Below are positions 39,318-49,475 of a stretch of 64,000 nucleotides of DNA, in pieces (positions within the stretch are counted from its first letter, which is position 1; each line of letters starts with the position of its first letter). The stretch is taken from positions 3,488,001 to 3,552,000 of the forward strand of contig CBDCOX010000002.1 of the NCBI GenBank assembly GCA_965219995.1. The letters run 5' to 3'. The notes beneath the pieces were generated by a model. That model did no database searches. It saw only the letters and a program-made list of their open reading frames with translations, and was not told where the DNA came from. The DNA comes from Candidatus Latescibacterota bacterium. GTDB lineage: Bacteria; Latescibacterota; UBA2968; GCA-2709665. Position numbers and translations under genes: made by a program.

Positions 39318-41543
39318 ATGGTCGACGGGTGGTATGGATTCAGGCTGGTGGTCACTTCGGCGCTGCCCCGGGATCTCGGGCGCATTCCGATGTCGGTGGA
39401 GATGGACTTCGGCCGTATGGCGCGGCAGGTCGACGCCACGGGTGTTTTCGACCCGAATTCCGTTGAAGTCGTCAATGCGATTTCCGGTGAGGCGATCGCG
39501 TTCGCCCGCACAGAGGACTTCGCCTATGACGACCGGGGGAGGATCGAATGGACGATCGACGATCCCGCCCACACGGAGTACGAGATCCGGTTTCGCACCG
39601 CGCCCGAGAGACCGCCGCTGCGGCCGCAGGAATACACGCCCATGATCGGCGTCGGTGATCTCCTGCGGTACAACGCGGGGGCGCCGCGGCCGATCGCGCT
39701 CGCGCATTCGATGCGGCTCGTAGACATCACCGGCAACGGTCGCGCCGATCTGGCGGGCTGCTGGAATTACTATTACCGACCGGGGTCGCCGGTCAGCGGG
39801 ATCGTATGTTATCTCCGTGAGGGTCCGGATGAGGACTTCACGTTCGGAGACCTCGCCAGGTTGCGGTACGTGGATACGCCGGGCTCGCGCGAGCTCAAGC
39901 ATTTTCAGAATGTGTACGCCGAGGCGGATTTCGCGGATCTGAACGGTAACGGGCTGCCCGATATCGTGTACGCGGGAATGTCGGATATTGCGGTGACGGC
40001 CTATCTGAATTCAGGAACGCGCGACGGAGGCGGGCTGCCCGTCTTCGTGAAGGACATTGAGATTCCTGCGCCGGTTGCACAGAACGCAGGGATTCATATC
40101 GTCGATCTGAGCGGGAACGGAACCCCGGACCTGGTGGTCAACGGACACTATATCCGGAATCTGAATCCGGACGGCTGGCCGTTCATGGCCGCCAAACCGG
40201 TGGATCTCGCGGTTGGAAAGCAACTCGCGTTCATGGATCTGAACGGTGACGGCCTGCCGGACGTGATGGCGATGCCGGTTGGCGGGTGCGACCATCCTCT
40301 CACATGGCGGAAGCATCTGGGCGGGGACCCGCCCCGGTTCGGGCCCGAACAGAAGCTGGGCGACCTGGAACGGGTATTCTGCAGCCGGCTCGGCGCGGTC
40401 GCGGACGGCAACCGGAGCGGGATTCTGGTGCAGCACAATATGTACCAGAATCTTTCGTTCTACGAATTAATTGGAACGCTCGGCGGCCAGCCGCGTTTCG
40501 AACACCGGGGAAGGGCCCGTTCGATCTCGGCGGTGATGTCATTCAGCGATCAGGCGTGGCCGTGTTCGTGTGACTGGAATGACAACGGGATCCACGATCT
40601 CGTCATCGGCGGGGGTTACGGATGGCCGCGCGTGGTCGTCAACAACGGGAACAATGAGCGGCCGGCCTGGTCGGAGCCGGAGGCGATCTGTTCCGAGGGC
40701 AAACCGATCCGGGTATTGCGCGACGAGATTTTGCATAGCCGTCACTGGCACAATATGGGGTACCCGTACCCCGTGTTCGTGGACTGGGACGGGGACGGTC
40801 TGCCGGACCTGATGCTGCCGAACGAAACGAACCGGATCGTCTGGTATCGAAATACCGGATCGCCGGATGAACCCGGGTTTGGCCCTCGCAGGTTTCTCGA
40901 AGTGGATGGTTTCCCGGATTCCGATGAGCTTCGGGCGGAATCCGGCAAGGCGGCGGCCGACGAGACCCTCCCCAACAGTCCCTATCCCCGTGATGCGCGT
41001 TCGCCGTTTTTCTGGCGGTCCGGCGCGGCGTTCGCGGACTGGAACGGCGACGGGATGATGGATTTCATCGCACACGACCATACGCGCAAGGCGACGCTGT
41101 TCCTTCAGTATCGGGACGACGAGGGCCGCCGCAGGCTCAAACGAGGCAATCATGTGCGGCTGGTGGACGGGCGGAAGATCGACGATTCCATCGTGGGCCG
41201 GACAAAGCACTGGACCGAATCTTTCCGCGCCGTGGATTGGGACGGGGACGGGTTGATCGACCTGGTGTATAACCTTGCCGGGACGGGAAAGATCTACCTG
41301 CTGCGCAACGTGGGTTCTACGGATGCGCCGGTTTTCGACCTTCCGAGAGAATTCAGGTGCTACGGCGAGGAGATTGCGTTTACCGTTCATGGCCCGAACG
41401 CGTGGCCGGGAGATATCAACGGCGATGGAAAACCGGATCTGCTGGGGTGTGTGGAGTGGAGTGTTTACCCCTTCTACTGTCATGCGGCCCTGGAGATGGA
41501 GCGTCACCCCGCGTACACGATCGGTCCGGTGCTGGACCTATAG
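39318..41543 (+). CDS. FG-GAP/VCBS repeat beta-propeller protein
   Basis: About ten DxxGDGxxDL calcium-binding loops; no obvious signal peptide. Confidence 0.82.
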   Translation: MVDGWYGFRLVVTSALPRDLGRIPMSVEMDFGRMARQVDATGVFDPNSVEVVNAISGEAIAFARTEDFAYDDRGRIEWTIDDPAHTEYEIRFRTAPERPPLRPQEYTPMIGVGDLLRYNAGAPRPIALAHSMRLVDITGNGRADLAGCWNYYYRPGSPVSGIVCYLREGPDEDFTFGDLARLRYVDTPGSRELKHFQNVYAEADFADLNGNGLPDIVYAGMSDIAVTAYLNSGTRDGGGLPVFVKDIEIPAPVAQNAGIHIVDLSGNGTPDLVVNGHYIRNLNPDGWPFMAAKPVDLAVGKQLAFMDLNGDGLPDVMAMPVGGCDHPLTWRKHLGGDPPRFGPEQKLGDLERVFCSRLGAVADGNRSGILVQHNMYQNLSFYELIGTLGGQPRFEHRGRARSISAVMSFSDQAWPCSCDWNDNGIHDLVIGGGYGWPRVVVNNGNNERPAWSEPEAICSEGKPIRVLRDEILHSRHWHNMGYPYPVFVDWDGDGLPDLMLPNETNRIVWYRNTGSPDEPGFGPRRFLEVDGFPDSDELRAESGKAAADETLPNSPYPRDARSPFFWRSGAAFADWNGDGMMDFIAHDHTRKATLFLQYRDDEGRRRLKRGNHVRLVDGRKIDDSIVGRTKHWTESFRAVDWDGDGLIDLVYNLAGTGKIYLLRNVGSTDAPVFDLPREFRCYGEEIAFTVHGPNAWPGDINGDGKPDLLGCVEWSVYPFYCHAALEMERHPAYTIGPVLDL

Positions 41544-41756
41544 TCTCAAATTGAAGAAAGAAAACCGTAAAATTGGCCACAAAAGGCACAAAAAGCACAG
41601 AAGGTAACGGTGCGAAACGGGGCGTAAGAGTCGTCGGGAAGGACATTTCTTCCGTTCACGTCCAGTGCCTGAATTATCCTGGAAATCCGACGTCAAATCG
41701 CATTTATCAATTTGCGTAGTTTCGATTTAACGTCACCGAGGAATGGCGATTCAAGG

Positions 41757-42608
41757 TCAATCCGTCGTCGATGACTCGGTGACGGCTTGTTGACGTGCGT
41801 CGTCAAGCGCTCGGTAGCAGGATTCCGCGGCGTACCACGGGTCGTAATCGGGCCGATTCCAGATCATGGCGCTGACTTCCGCGCCGACGGGTACTTCGGT
41901 AGCGGCGTCGAGCAGGGCCCGGAAGTATGCGACGAGGTCAAGGCTGCCTTGGCCGGGCAACAGGAAGGTCACGTCGCAGCCTTCCATGTACCCGTCTTTG
42001 ATATGAATGTGGACGGTGTGAGGAAGGCAGAGATCCGCGGCGCGTTTGAGGTCGATGTCCTGCACGTGAAAATGGCTGTGGTCGAAGTGGATTTTAAGGT
42101 TGGGATGACGGGTGTTCTCCATGAGCCAGGCCGCTTTTTCGGGCGTGTCGAAGATCGCGCCGACGTGCGGTTCCACGGCCAGGATCACGTGATGCCCGGC
42201 TGCAATGTCCGCGAGCTCGACCAGGTCGGCGGCGACGGTTTCCCTGTCGGTTGCCCAGTCAGTGAGGGGGCCGCTCACCGTGGTGGTGACGATGCTGGGG
42301 GCGTCGCCATCATTCATGTCGCCGGCGAGGACGCAGTTCTGAATGAATCGGGCTCGCATCGCCCGCCGGTCGCTGCCCCGGACGCACGTGGAAACCGGGC
42401 CGAAGAGGACCGGCGGAGGAAAGCCCAGATCGCGCAATGTTCCGGCAAGTTTTCGGCGTGCGTTCCGGTCCAGCTTTCCGGGCGCGGTGGGCCATGCGTC
42501 CCCGACCGCGATTTCGACGGTGTCGTAGCCGATCGCGCGGATATTCGGCAGGGCTTCGAATACGTCGATACGCTGGGTGGCGTAGGTGCTGAAACCGATG
42601 GGGATCAT
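41757..42608 (-). CDS. Sugar phosphate isomerase/epimerase (xylose isomerase-like TIM barrel)
   Basis: GYDTVEI, AVEPH, FDHSHF, HIHIKD, LPGQG. Confidence 0.85.
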   Translation of the reverse strand: MIPIGFSTYATQRIDVFEALPNIRAIGYDTVEIAVGDAWPTAPGKLDRNARRKLAGTLRDLGFPPPVLFGPVSTCVRGSDRRAMRARFIQNCVLAGDMNDGDAPSIVTTTVSGPLTDWATDRETVAADLVELADIAAGHHVILAVEPHVGAIFDTPEKAAWLMENTRHPNLKIHFDHSHFHVQDIDLKRAADLCLPHTVHIHIKDGYMEGCDVTFLLPGQGSLDLVAYFRALLDAATEVPVGAEVSAMIWNRPDYDPWYAAESCYRALDDARQQAVTESSTTD

Positions 42609-42667
42609 ATCAAAACCGAATAAAGGATGAAGGATGAAGGAAGAATGAAGAAGGAAAAACCTGAAAG

Positions 42668-42798
42668 CGGTTAGACGTAAGACGGTAGACGGTAGAAGAC
42701 GTCATTGCCCGTTTGGTTTCTCCTTTATGCCTGCGGCAAGAGATGATACCGAACAGGCACTTACATCATCTCACGTCTTACGTCTAACGTCTACCCCG
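42668..42798 (+). repeat. Heptamer-armed hairpin element B, copy a
   Basis: (GNNAGAC)x4 left arm, TTGCCC...GCCTGCGGC...AGGCA core, (GTCTNNC) right arm. Confidence 0.85.
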
Positions 42799-42910
42799 GG
42801 GGCGAGGGGTGCGGGGAGAGGTTGTTGCGGTCTCGAAGATAGAGAACATAACGCACGTGTCAAGCGGCGATGAAGCGGGTGGGCACGGAGTTTCAAAAAG
42901 AGAGACCGAT

Positions 42911-44149
42911 ATGGAACGGATCAACCTGGGTCTGGTGGGGTGTGGCGGGATGGGGACGCGGCACCTCTATGGTCTGCGGACGCTCGCCCGGACACCGTTC
43001 AACAGGATCGACTTGCGGGCGCTGTGCGACATCAATCGGGACAATGCCGAGTTGGCGGCCGCGGAAGCCAGGAAACTGCTGGGGGTGGAGCCCGAGATCT
43101 TTACGGACCTGGAAGCAATGGCAGCCGCGATGCCGGAACTGGATGCTGTCGACGTGGTGACCGATCCTGCCGTGCATCACGAGGTTGCCTGCACGGCGCT
43201 GGACATGGGACTGCATGTGATGGTGGAAAAGCCGATGGCGATTACCGTCCGGGCCTGTCTGCAGATGATTAAAGCGGCGGAACGGAACCGGCGCGTGCTG
43301 TCCGTGGCGGAGAACTACCGGCGGGACCCGTCAGCGCGGCTGGCGCGGCATATGGTGGGCAGCGGAGCGATCGGAGTCCCGTATATGGGCCTGTTTCATC
43401 AGGTGAGCGAGGGGGACCGGATTTTCATCACCCCGTGGCGCCACCTCAAGAATCGCGGCGGACCGCTGCTGGACATGGGCGTGCACTTTACCGACCTGAT
43501 CCGGTATCAATTGGGGGATATCCGCGAAGTGTACGGAGACGTACGGCTTGTGGAGCCGGTGCGGCGAAAGTCCGAGACGATGTGGAGGCCTTATGACTTC
43601 TACCGGAAACAATACGATGATATGGATCCCGTCGTCCCGGCCGACGCCGAGGATTCGTCCGTAGCGATGTTTCGAATGGCTGGCGGCGCCACGGTGAGCT
43701 GGGTGGTCGGCCTGGGAGGATACGGGGGATGTGGTAATCAGTTGATTCTAGGTACGGAGGGATGCATCGAGGGTTTCGGAACCCGCGGCGGACGGGTGCG
43801 GATGCGCCGCGGACGCGGCGACTTTCAGGAGCAGGAAGAGATGCTGGCGTCCGCGGACGGCTTCGAGCAGGACCCCCTGTCGTCGCATTTCTTTCCTTCC
43901 GGGATGACGTCGACCGATCGTGAGGTTGACTGGAAACTGCTCGCCATGGAGGTCCACGAGTTGGGCGAAGCCATTGCCGGGGGCAAGGCCGTGGAGGTGG
44001 ACGGGGTGGAGGGGATGAAGGATGTGGCGGCGGTATACGCGGTGTTCGAGTCCGCGGCGGCGGGATGCGCGGTGCGGATGGCGGACGTGGAAAGCGGCGA
44101 AATCGACGCCTATCAGGCCGACATTGACGCGGCGCTGGGTATTTCGTGA
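42911..44149 (+). CDS. Gfo/Idh/MocA family oxidoreductase
   Basis: LVGCGGMG, HVMVEKPMA, AENYR, LDMGVHFTD. Confidence 0.9.
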   Translation: MERINLGLVGCGGMGTRHLYGLRTLARTPFNRIDLRALCDINRDNAELAAAEARKLLGVEPEIFTDLEAMAAAMPELDAVDVVTDPAVHHEVACTALDMGLHVMVEKPMAITVRACLQMIKAAERNRRVLSVAENYRRDPSARLARHMVGSGAIGVPYMGLFHQVSEGDRIFITPWRHLKNRGGPLLDMGVHFTDLIRYQLGDIREVYGDVRLVEPVRRKSETMWRPYDFYRKQYDDMDPVVPADAEDSSVAMFRMAGGATVSWVVGLGGYGGCGNQLILGTEGCIEGFGTRGGRVRMRRGRGDFQEQEEMLASADGFEQDPLSSHFFPSGMTSTDREVDWKLLAMEVHELGEAIAGGKAVEVDGVEGMKDVAAVYAVFESAAAGCAVRMADVESGEIDAYQADIDAALGIS

Positions 44150-44161
44150 AAGGAGGTTGAA

Positions 44162-45610
44162 ATGCCGGAAGATCGGCCGAACGTGGTTTTGATCATGACC
44201 GATCAGCAGAGGGGAGATTGCGTGGGTCTGGATCCGAACGCGCCGGAACCCTTGCAGACCCCCAATCTGGACTGGCTGGGGAGTACGGGGGCGTTTTTCG
44301 GCCGCGGATATTCCGAGTGTCCCAGCTGTATTCCCGCGAGGCGTTCACTGATGACGGGTACGGCGCCCGCGGCGAACGGAGTCGTCGGATTTCAGGCGAC
44401 GGACTGGGAGCCCGCGCATACCCTGGCGGGCGAACTCTCGCGGGCGGGCTATCAGACGGAGATGATCGGGAAGTACCACCTGTCGCCGGCGCGAAAGCGG
44501 TACGGATTCGACCACATGCAGCTTGCGGACGGCACACGCGGGCGTGAGAACGACTACGTGGACTGGTTGCGCGAGCGGCACGGGCGCACAGAGGTGGATC
44601 CCGGTATGGCGCACGGGATCTCGTCGAACGGCTGGGCGGGGCGGCCGCACAATCTCCCCGAAGAGCAGATGCATACGTTCTGGTGCGTGGACCGGGCAAT
44701 GGCGTTTCTCCAGAAAAGAGACCCCACTGCCCCTTTCTTCCTGAATCTGTCGTTTATCGATCCGCATCCGCCGTTGACGCCGCCAAGGTTCTATTATGAC
44801 CGCTACATCAATCGCGAATTGCCGGAACCCGTCGTCGGAGATTGGGCGCCCGAATTCGATGGGCCGCGGAAGGGGTTGGATCCCAATGCTTCGGAGATCT
44901 CTCTCACGGCGCAGGATATGCAGTGCGCGCGCGCGGCGTACTACGGGATGGTGAATTTCATCGACGACCAGATCGGTCGGCTGATTCAGTTCGCGCGGGG
45001 TCTGCTGAATGAGAGTCTTATCATCTTCACGTCAGACCACGGGGAGATGCTCGGGGACCATCACCTGTTCCGGAAGACGTGGCCTTACGAGGCTTCGGCG
45101 CGCGTGCCTTACCTGATCCGGGCGCCGCGGAGTTGGGGGGCGCCGGAATCGGTAACCTGCCGAAGGCCGGTGGGTCTGCAGGATATCATGCCGACGATTC
45201 TGGATGCCTGCGGCCTGGAAGTACCGGAGACCTGTACGGGTAGGAGCCTGGCGCCGGTGTTGCGCGGCGAATCGGAGGGCGTACGCGACGTGTTGCACGG
45301 CGAACACTCCGGCTGTTACGCGTACGAACATGGAAATCACTTCGTCACCGATGGGCGTTACAAATACGTATGGTACACGCAGACCGGCCGGGAGCGCCTG
45401 TTCAACCTGGACGAAGACCCGCATGAACGGAAAGACCTGGCGATGGACGACGGTGCGGAGGGACGGTTGGGGCCCTGGCGAAAGCGGCTGGCGGGGTTCC
45501 TCAGAGACAGACCGGAGGGGTTCACGGACGGGGAGACGTTGATCGCCGGCCGGGAACATCGGTCGGTGATGCCGGGATACGATCCGGCGAGGATATTTCC
45601 GTTCTTATAG
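44162..45610 (+). CDS. Sulfatase (Cys-type)
   Basis: PNVVLIMTDQQR, CIPAR formylglycine motif, GKYH, SDHGEMLGDH. Confidence 0.92.
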   Translation: MPEDRPNVVLIMTDQQRGDCVGLDPNAPEPLQTPNLDWLGSTGAFFGRGYSECPSCIPARRSLMTGTAPAANGVVGFQATDWEPAHTLAGELSRAGYQTEMIGKYHLSPARKRYGFDHMQLADGTRGRENDYVDWLRERHGRTEVDPGMAHGISSNGWAGRPHNLPEEQMHTFWCVDRAMAFLQKRDPTAPFFLNLSFIDPHPPLTPPRFYYDRYINRELPEPVVGDWAPEFDGPRKGLDPNASEISLTAQDMQCARAAYYGMVNFIDDQIGRLIQFARGLLNESLIIFTSDHGEMLGDHHLFRKTWPYEASARVPYLIRAPRSWGAPESVTCRRPVGLQDIMPTILDACGLEVPETCTGRSLAPVLRGESEGVRDVLHGEHSGCYAYEHGNHFVTDGRYKYVWYTQTGRERLFNLDEDPHERKDLAMDDGAEGRLGPWRKRLAGFLRDRPEGFTDGETLIAGREHRSVMPGYDPARIFPFL

Positions 45611-45633
45611 CCTCTTTGATTCGAAAACCAAAC

Positions 45634-45745
45634 TTACATGGATAGACAGGATAGGCAGGATGAAGAGCAAAAGGCGTGACAAGAGAACGAGAAAACGAGG
45701 TACGGCAGTGAATGGATTCTCCATAGGCCGCGCGTGGTCATTCCG
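45634..45745. repeat. Dispersed intergenic repeat A, copy 2
   Basis: ACATGGATAGACAGGATAGGCAGGATGAA...GTCATTCCG; homologous to 2365-2489. Confidence 0.75.
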
Positions 45746-46089
45746 TCCACCCTGAAACCCAAACATTGCGCCGGCCAGCCCGATTCCGGACTCTTCAAGT
45801 TTTCCGTTTATACAGCACTACCACGGGTCTTCGTGAACAACTCACCATAGGTCCGTTCTCGATACGAATTGCGGAAATCGACTATGCCGCGTGAGTCTGC
45901 TGACTAGCCCATATCAATGGGTGTATCGGTGGACGGCAAGATAGCGGGCATGGAGGGTTTTGTTTGTCGAGGTCGCCCGTGCAAGCTATATTTCGATAGG
46001 TGTCTGTGCCTGTTCATCGCGCGTTACCGGATTTGTTGTTTTCGTGTGGTTCCGTCGGTTAATCGTACGAGAGGAAGGAGTTACATCCA

Positions 46090-46518
46090 ATGGACTCGTT
46101 CAAACGCATCGTCGGTGTCTATCTGATCCTCGTGGCCGCCGTGGTTGCTATCCATACGGTCGCCGAACCGCTGTATTACACTTCCACCGAGGCAAGTCCG
46201 TACAGCCCGCACTGGGGCAAGCTAAACGCGCTTATGGTGCTGGCGATCGTATTGGGTCTGGTTTTCGGGTGCATCCGCAAGCGGGGCGTTGGCGGCGAGG
46301 AAGGGAGCGCGGTTACCCGGGAGTACCTGGAAGCGCATGTCCTGTTCTACGGCCTTCTGTTTGTCGGAATCCTGTTTTTCTGGAATTTCTTCAACCTGCA
46401 CAGTCCCGGCTTTACGGCGATTGCGCACGAGGTCGTATCGGCAGTGTGGATTGTGATCGACGCCGCCCTGCCGATCATCCTGGGTGCAATGGGCGCGTCT
46501 CTGCTCAGATCCCGGTGA
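46090..46518 (+). CDS. Hypothetical four-TM membrane protein
   Basis: AAGGAG RBS; four hydrophobic segments. Confidence 0.7.
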   Translation: MDSFKRIVGVYLILVAAVVAIHTVAEPLYYTSTEASPYSPHWGKLNALMVLAIVLGLVFGCIRKRGVGGEEGSAVTREYLEAHVLFYGLLFVGILFFWNFFNLHSPGFTAIAHEVVSAVWIVIDAALPIILGAMGASLLRSR

Positions 46519-46664
46519 AAATTCCCAACACAGCACACCGGGCGCATAAGCGGTGCGTCCACGAGGTGTCATGAATAAGCCGTCAGCTGGTCTGAAACCA
46601 GGTCTGACGGCTTTAACTATGCAGATTTCGCTATCGCGTGCGGGCACGCAGGTCGATCGCAGGT

Positions 46665-47060
46665 TCAGCGGGTTCTTTCACGCGCGATCAGCAGGTCGGC
46701 AGGAATGCCCAGGTTCTCGGTGAGCGACCCGATCTGGCGAAGCGACAGGTTTCGCCTGCCGCTGAAGAATTCCGAAACGCGGCTTCTGCCGCCGAGCCAT
46801 TCGGCGAGATCGGCTCGCGAGAACCCCTTCTGTTCCAGCACAAACGCCACGATCTCCCGGGGATCCAGGGTATCATCCATGGGAAATCTGACGTCTTCGT
46901 ACGCCTGTACCAGAACCGAAAGAAACTCCAGCCGTTCGTATGCTTCTGAACCAGGCTGGGGATCCGCATCGAGCAGGTGATCGATTTCGCCCAAAGCCGC
47001 GTTGTACTCGTCCTCGTTTCTTAGAACGTGAGGTCTCGTAAAATCGAGAAGCATTGCCAT
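46665..47060 (-). CDS. higA: HigA family antitoxin (HTH)
   Basis: EDEYNAAL, LSVLVQAYED, RADLAEWLGGRSRVSEFFSGRRNLSL. Confidence 0.88.
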   Translation of the reverse strand: MAMLLDFTRPHVLRNEDEYNAALGEIDHLLDADPQPGSEAYERLEFLSVLVQAYEDVRFPMDDTLDPREIVAFVLEQKGFSRADLAEWLGGRSRVSEFFSGRRNLSLRQIGSLTENLGIPADLLIARERTR

Positions 47061-47082
47061 ATCCGATTCCTTTTGGGAACGT

Positions 47083-47379
47083 TCACAGATTGCTGTTTCG
47101 GATGCGTCGGGCGTATTCCTGGTGCGTAAGCACGTGTCGGATGTAAACCCTCCCGAGGTCGTAACGCATATCGACAATCAGCCTGTACTTGTTGCCACCG
47201 ATGTTGAAGACTGTCCGCCAACTTCCAAGGAAACTTGCAGACGGAAAATCACGTCGAACTTCGAAAGGGCTGAGGTAGCTTTTTGTTCTCACGATAGCCA
47301 GCCAGGCTCTCAGCGGCCGCTGGGAATCGGAATGCTTCCGCCAGAACTCCAATAGTCTCTTTCGGGAAATTACGTGCAT
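47083..47379 (-). CDS. higB: HigB family toxin
   Basis: MHVISRKRLLEFW, FPSAS, VFNIGGNKYRLI, LTHQEY. Confidence 0.9.
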   Translation of the reverse strand: MHVISRKRLLEFWRKHSDSQRPLRAWLAIVRTKSYLSPFEVRRDFPSASFLGSWRTVFNIGGNKYRLIVDMRYDLGRVYIRHVLTHQEYARRIRNSNL

Positions 47380-47406
47380 AGGGGAGTACCTGAATATACC
47401 TGGCGA

Positions 47407-47443
47407 ATGTTCCCAATATGGTAACATCAGGTTGAAATGTCAA
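47407..47443 (-). promoter_or_regulatory. higBA promoter with palindromic operator over the -10 box
   Basis: Minus strand TTGACA-17-CATATT; inverted repeat ATGTTCCCA-ATA-TGGTAACAT. Confidence 0.65.
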
Positions 47444-47447
47444 GAGA

Positions 47448-48347
47448 TCATTCCTGATCTGTTCGAATCGATCGTGAGCCGAGTTGCTGAATCAGCAGGC
47501 CGGCGACGATGAGAATCAGTCCGATGGGGGTGGAGAGAAGGATTTCTTCGCCCACCAGGAAATGGATGAAGACCAGGGAGACAAACGGAGAGATGAAGAT
47601 CAGGTTGGCGACTCTGGCCGCGGTTTCGGAGAGTCGTAACGCGACCAGCCAGAAGACGAAGGCGATGCCCATTTCGATAAGCCCGACGTAGGCTGCGCCC
47701 AGAAGACCGTAGGTACTGGAAACATGGAGGTCCGAAAAGAGCAGGCAGAGGACGAAGAGAAACGGCAGGGCAAACGTGAAGTTGAGGAATAGGCCGACAA
47801 CGGCGTCGCGTTCATCGCGCGTATTGTAAATCCAGTATAACGCCCATACAATCGTGCTGCCAAGGGCCAGGGCGACTCCGAGGGGATCAGAGAGCCGGAA
47901 GTCCAGGATGTTGCCGCGCGTGGAGATCACCAGAACGCCGGCATAACACACGAACCCGGCGAGGATTTCCTGCGGTTTGATGCGTTGTTTCAACAGCGGA
48001 ATGGAAAGGAGCGAGAGCGTGATCGCCCAGGTGTAGTTCAGGGGCTGGGCTTCCTGAGCCGGGAGGAGATCGTACGCCTTGAAGAGGATCAGGTAGTAGA
48101 GGCAGGGGTTGAGAAGTCCGAGAAGGACGGACTTCAGATGTTGTCGTCGTGAATACGAAAAAACAAGGCGCTGTTTGCCCTGGATGATGACGATGAGCCC
48201 CAGGGATAACGTTGACGCCAGGCCCGCATAGAACAGAAGCTGCAGGGGATCCAGGTATCGAAGGGAGATCTTGAAGGCGGAGGCGACGGTGGACCAGAGA
48301 AGAACCGTGGCGATGGCGTAGAGGCAGGCTTTATTCTGGTCGCGCAT
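47448..48347 (-). CDS. DMT/EamA family transporter
   Basis: Ten TM helices in two EamA repeats; AQEAQPLNYTW. Confidence 0.88.
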   Translation of the reverse strand: MRDQNKACLYAIATVLLWSTVASAFKISLRYLDPLQLLFYAGLASTLSLGLIVIIQGKQRLVFSYSRRQHLKSVLLGLLNPCLYYLILFKAYDLLPAQEAQPLNYTWAITLSLLSIPLLKQRIKPQEILAGFVCYAGVLVISTRGNILDFRLSDPLGVALALGSTIVWALYWIYNTRDERDAVVGLFLNFTFALPFLFVLCLLFSDLHVSSTYGLLGAAYVGLIEMGIAFVFWLVALRLSETAARVANLIFISPFVSLVFIHFLVGEEILLSTPIGLILIVAGLLIQQLGSRSIRTDQE

Positions 48348-48354
48348 CGCGGAT

Positions 48355-48483
48355 CGGGGAGACGGAAGAGGGGAGACGGGAGAGATTGCCTGCCCTGTGA
48401 GGTTTCGGTTCAGACCGGAGGCATTCAGGCAGACCAGATCGGGCGAGGATTTCTTCTGCCGTCTACCGTCTACCCTCTCACCC
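48355..48483 (-). repeat. Heptamer-armed hairpin element B, copy b (diverged, minus strand)
   Basis: Reverse complement reads GGTAGACGGTAGACGGCAGA...TCGCCCGATCTGG...TGCCTCCGG...GAAACC...AGGGCAG...CCCGTCTCCC. Confidence 0.7.
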
Positions 48484-48513
48484 TGTGGCTGTTGGGGAGA
48501 AGGGCGGTTTTTT

Positions 48514-49449
48514 TTATTCCTTCTCGACTTTGTCCAGTTTGCGTTCGTAACTCAAGTCGACTTCGGCACGGATATTGTCCACGGGTTTCCGATGGTCTAT
48601 CCGCCTGACCTCGGGGCGCGTGAGGTTCGTCCGCATTTTGTGAGAGACGACAATACCGCGGGTGGCGTCGATAACCCAGTCGCCCTTCCCTTCTCCTGTC
48701 CCGTGGACAACCAGAGAAAGGGAGCCGATATTGACGAACGCCTTGAAGCGGACTTTTCTTTCTTCCTCGAACGTGACGATTTTATTTCCCTTCTTGGAAC
48801 CGACATTTTTTACTTTGTAATTGCTCTTGAGTTCCACAATGGCCTCGTCATCCAACACCAGGAACGGGGTCTTGAAATTCGTCTCACCGCTCCAGGTGTC
48901 GCCGGGTCCGACCGGACCCGGAGGAAGGACCGGTTGAAGTTCGGGCGTCCAGATTTGCAGCAAGTCCGTGAGGATGTCCGGACGGTTGAGTTCCCGTGCG
49001 GAATTATTGCTCGAGTGCCGCTCAACCGTGCCGTCCGACGAAAGAAACCACGTGAGTTCCCAGTCGTCCAGCTGCTCCAGCGTATAGGGAAACTGGTCGT
49101 GCGTAAGCCGTTTGTTTTCGAAGAAAAAGCCGTTGACGGCTTTGCTTAGTTTTGCGACAAGCCGTGTGACATTTCCGTCGGATTCACCATCTGCGCCAGA
49201 ATGGACGCTTTCCCGGCTTCGCCATTCGCCCCTGATCTCGCCCGAGGTAAATCCCCGCTTCGTGCGTCCGGGCACGATCACTTCGGAGCGGTCGCTCTTG
49301 ATGGCGAGAGAGTACTTGTGCTTGTATTTGATGGTACGACCATCGGGATAGGTGACCTGAAGCGCGACTTTGTCCGCGGCACGAATGGAATCGCCTGATG
49401 ACAACAGCAATGCCAGGCACAGGACCGTCAGCCTGCCCATGGATTTCAT
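48514..49449 (-). CDS. Hypothetical exported beta-rich protein
   Basis: AGGAGG RBS, signal peptide, LPPGPVGPGDTW motif. Confidence 0.65.
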   Translation of the reverse strand: MKSMGRLTVLCLALLLSSGDSIRAADKVALQVTYPDGRTIKYKHKYSLAIKSDRSEVIVPGRTKRGFTSGEIRGEWRSRESVHSGADGESDGNVTRLVAKLSKAVNGFFFENKRLTHDQFPYTLEQLDDWELTWFLSSDGTVERHSSNNSARELNRPDILTDLLQIWTPELQPVLPPGPVGPGDTWSGETNFKTPFLVLDDEAIVELKSNYKVKNVGSKKGNKIVTFEEERKVRFKAFVNIGSLSLVVHGTGEGKGDWVIDATRGIVVSHKMRTNLTRPEVRRIDHRKPVDNIRAEVDLSYERKLDKVEKE

Positions 49450-49475
49450 AATGAATCCTCCTTTGTGAACGACCG

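Noticed and set aside
42700-42765. Element B core as a hammerhead ribozyme
   Set aside because: GAAA occurs in some copies but the CUGANGA core is absent; other ribozyme classes were not tested.
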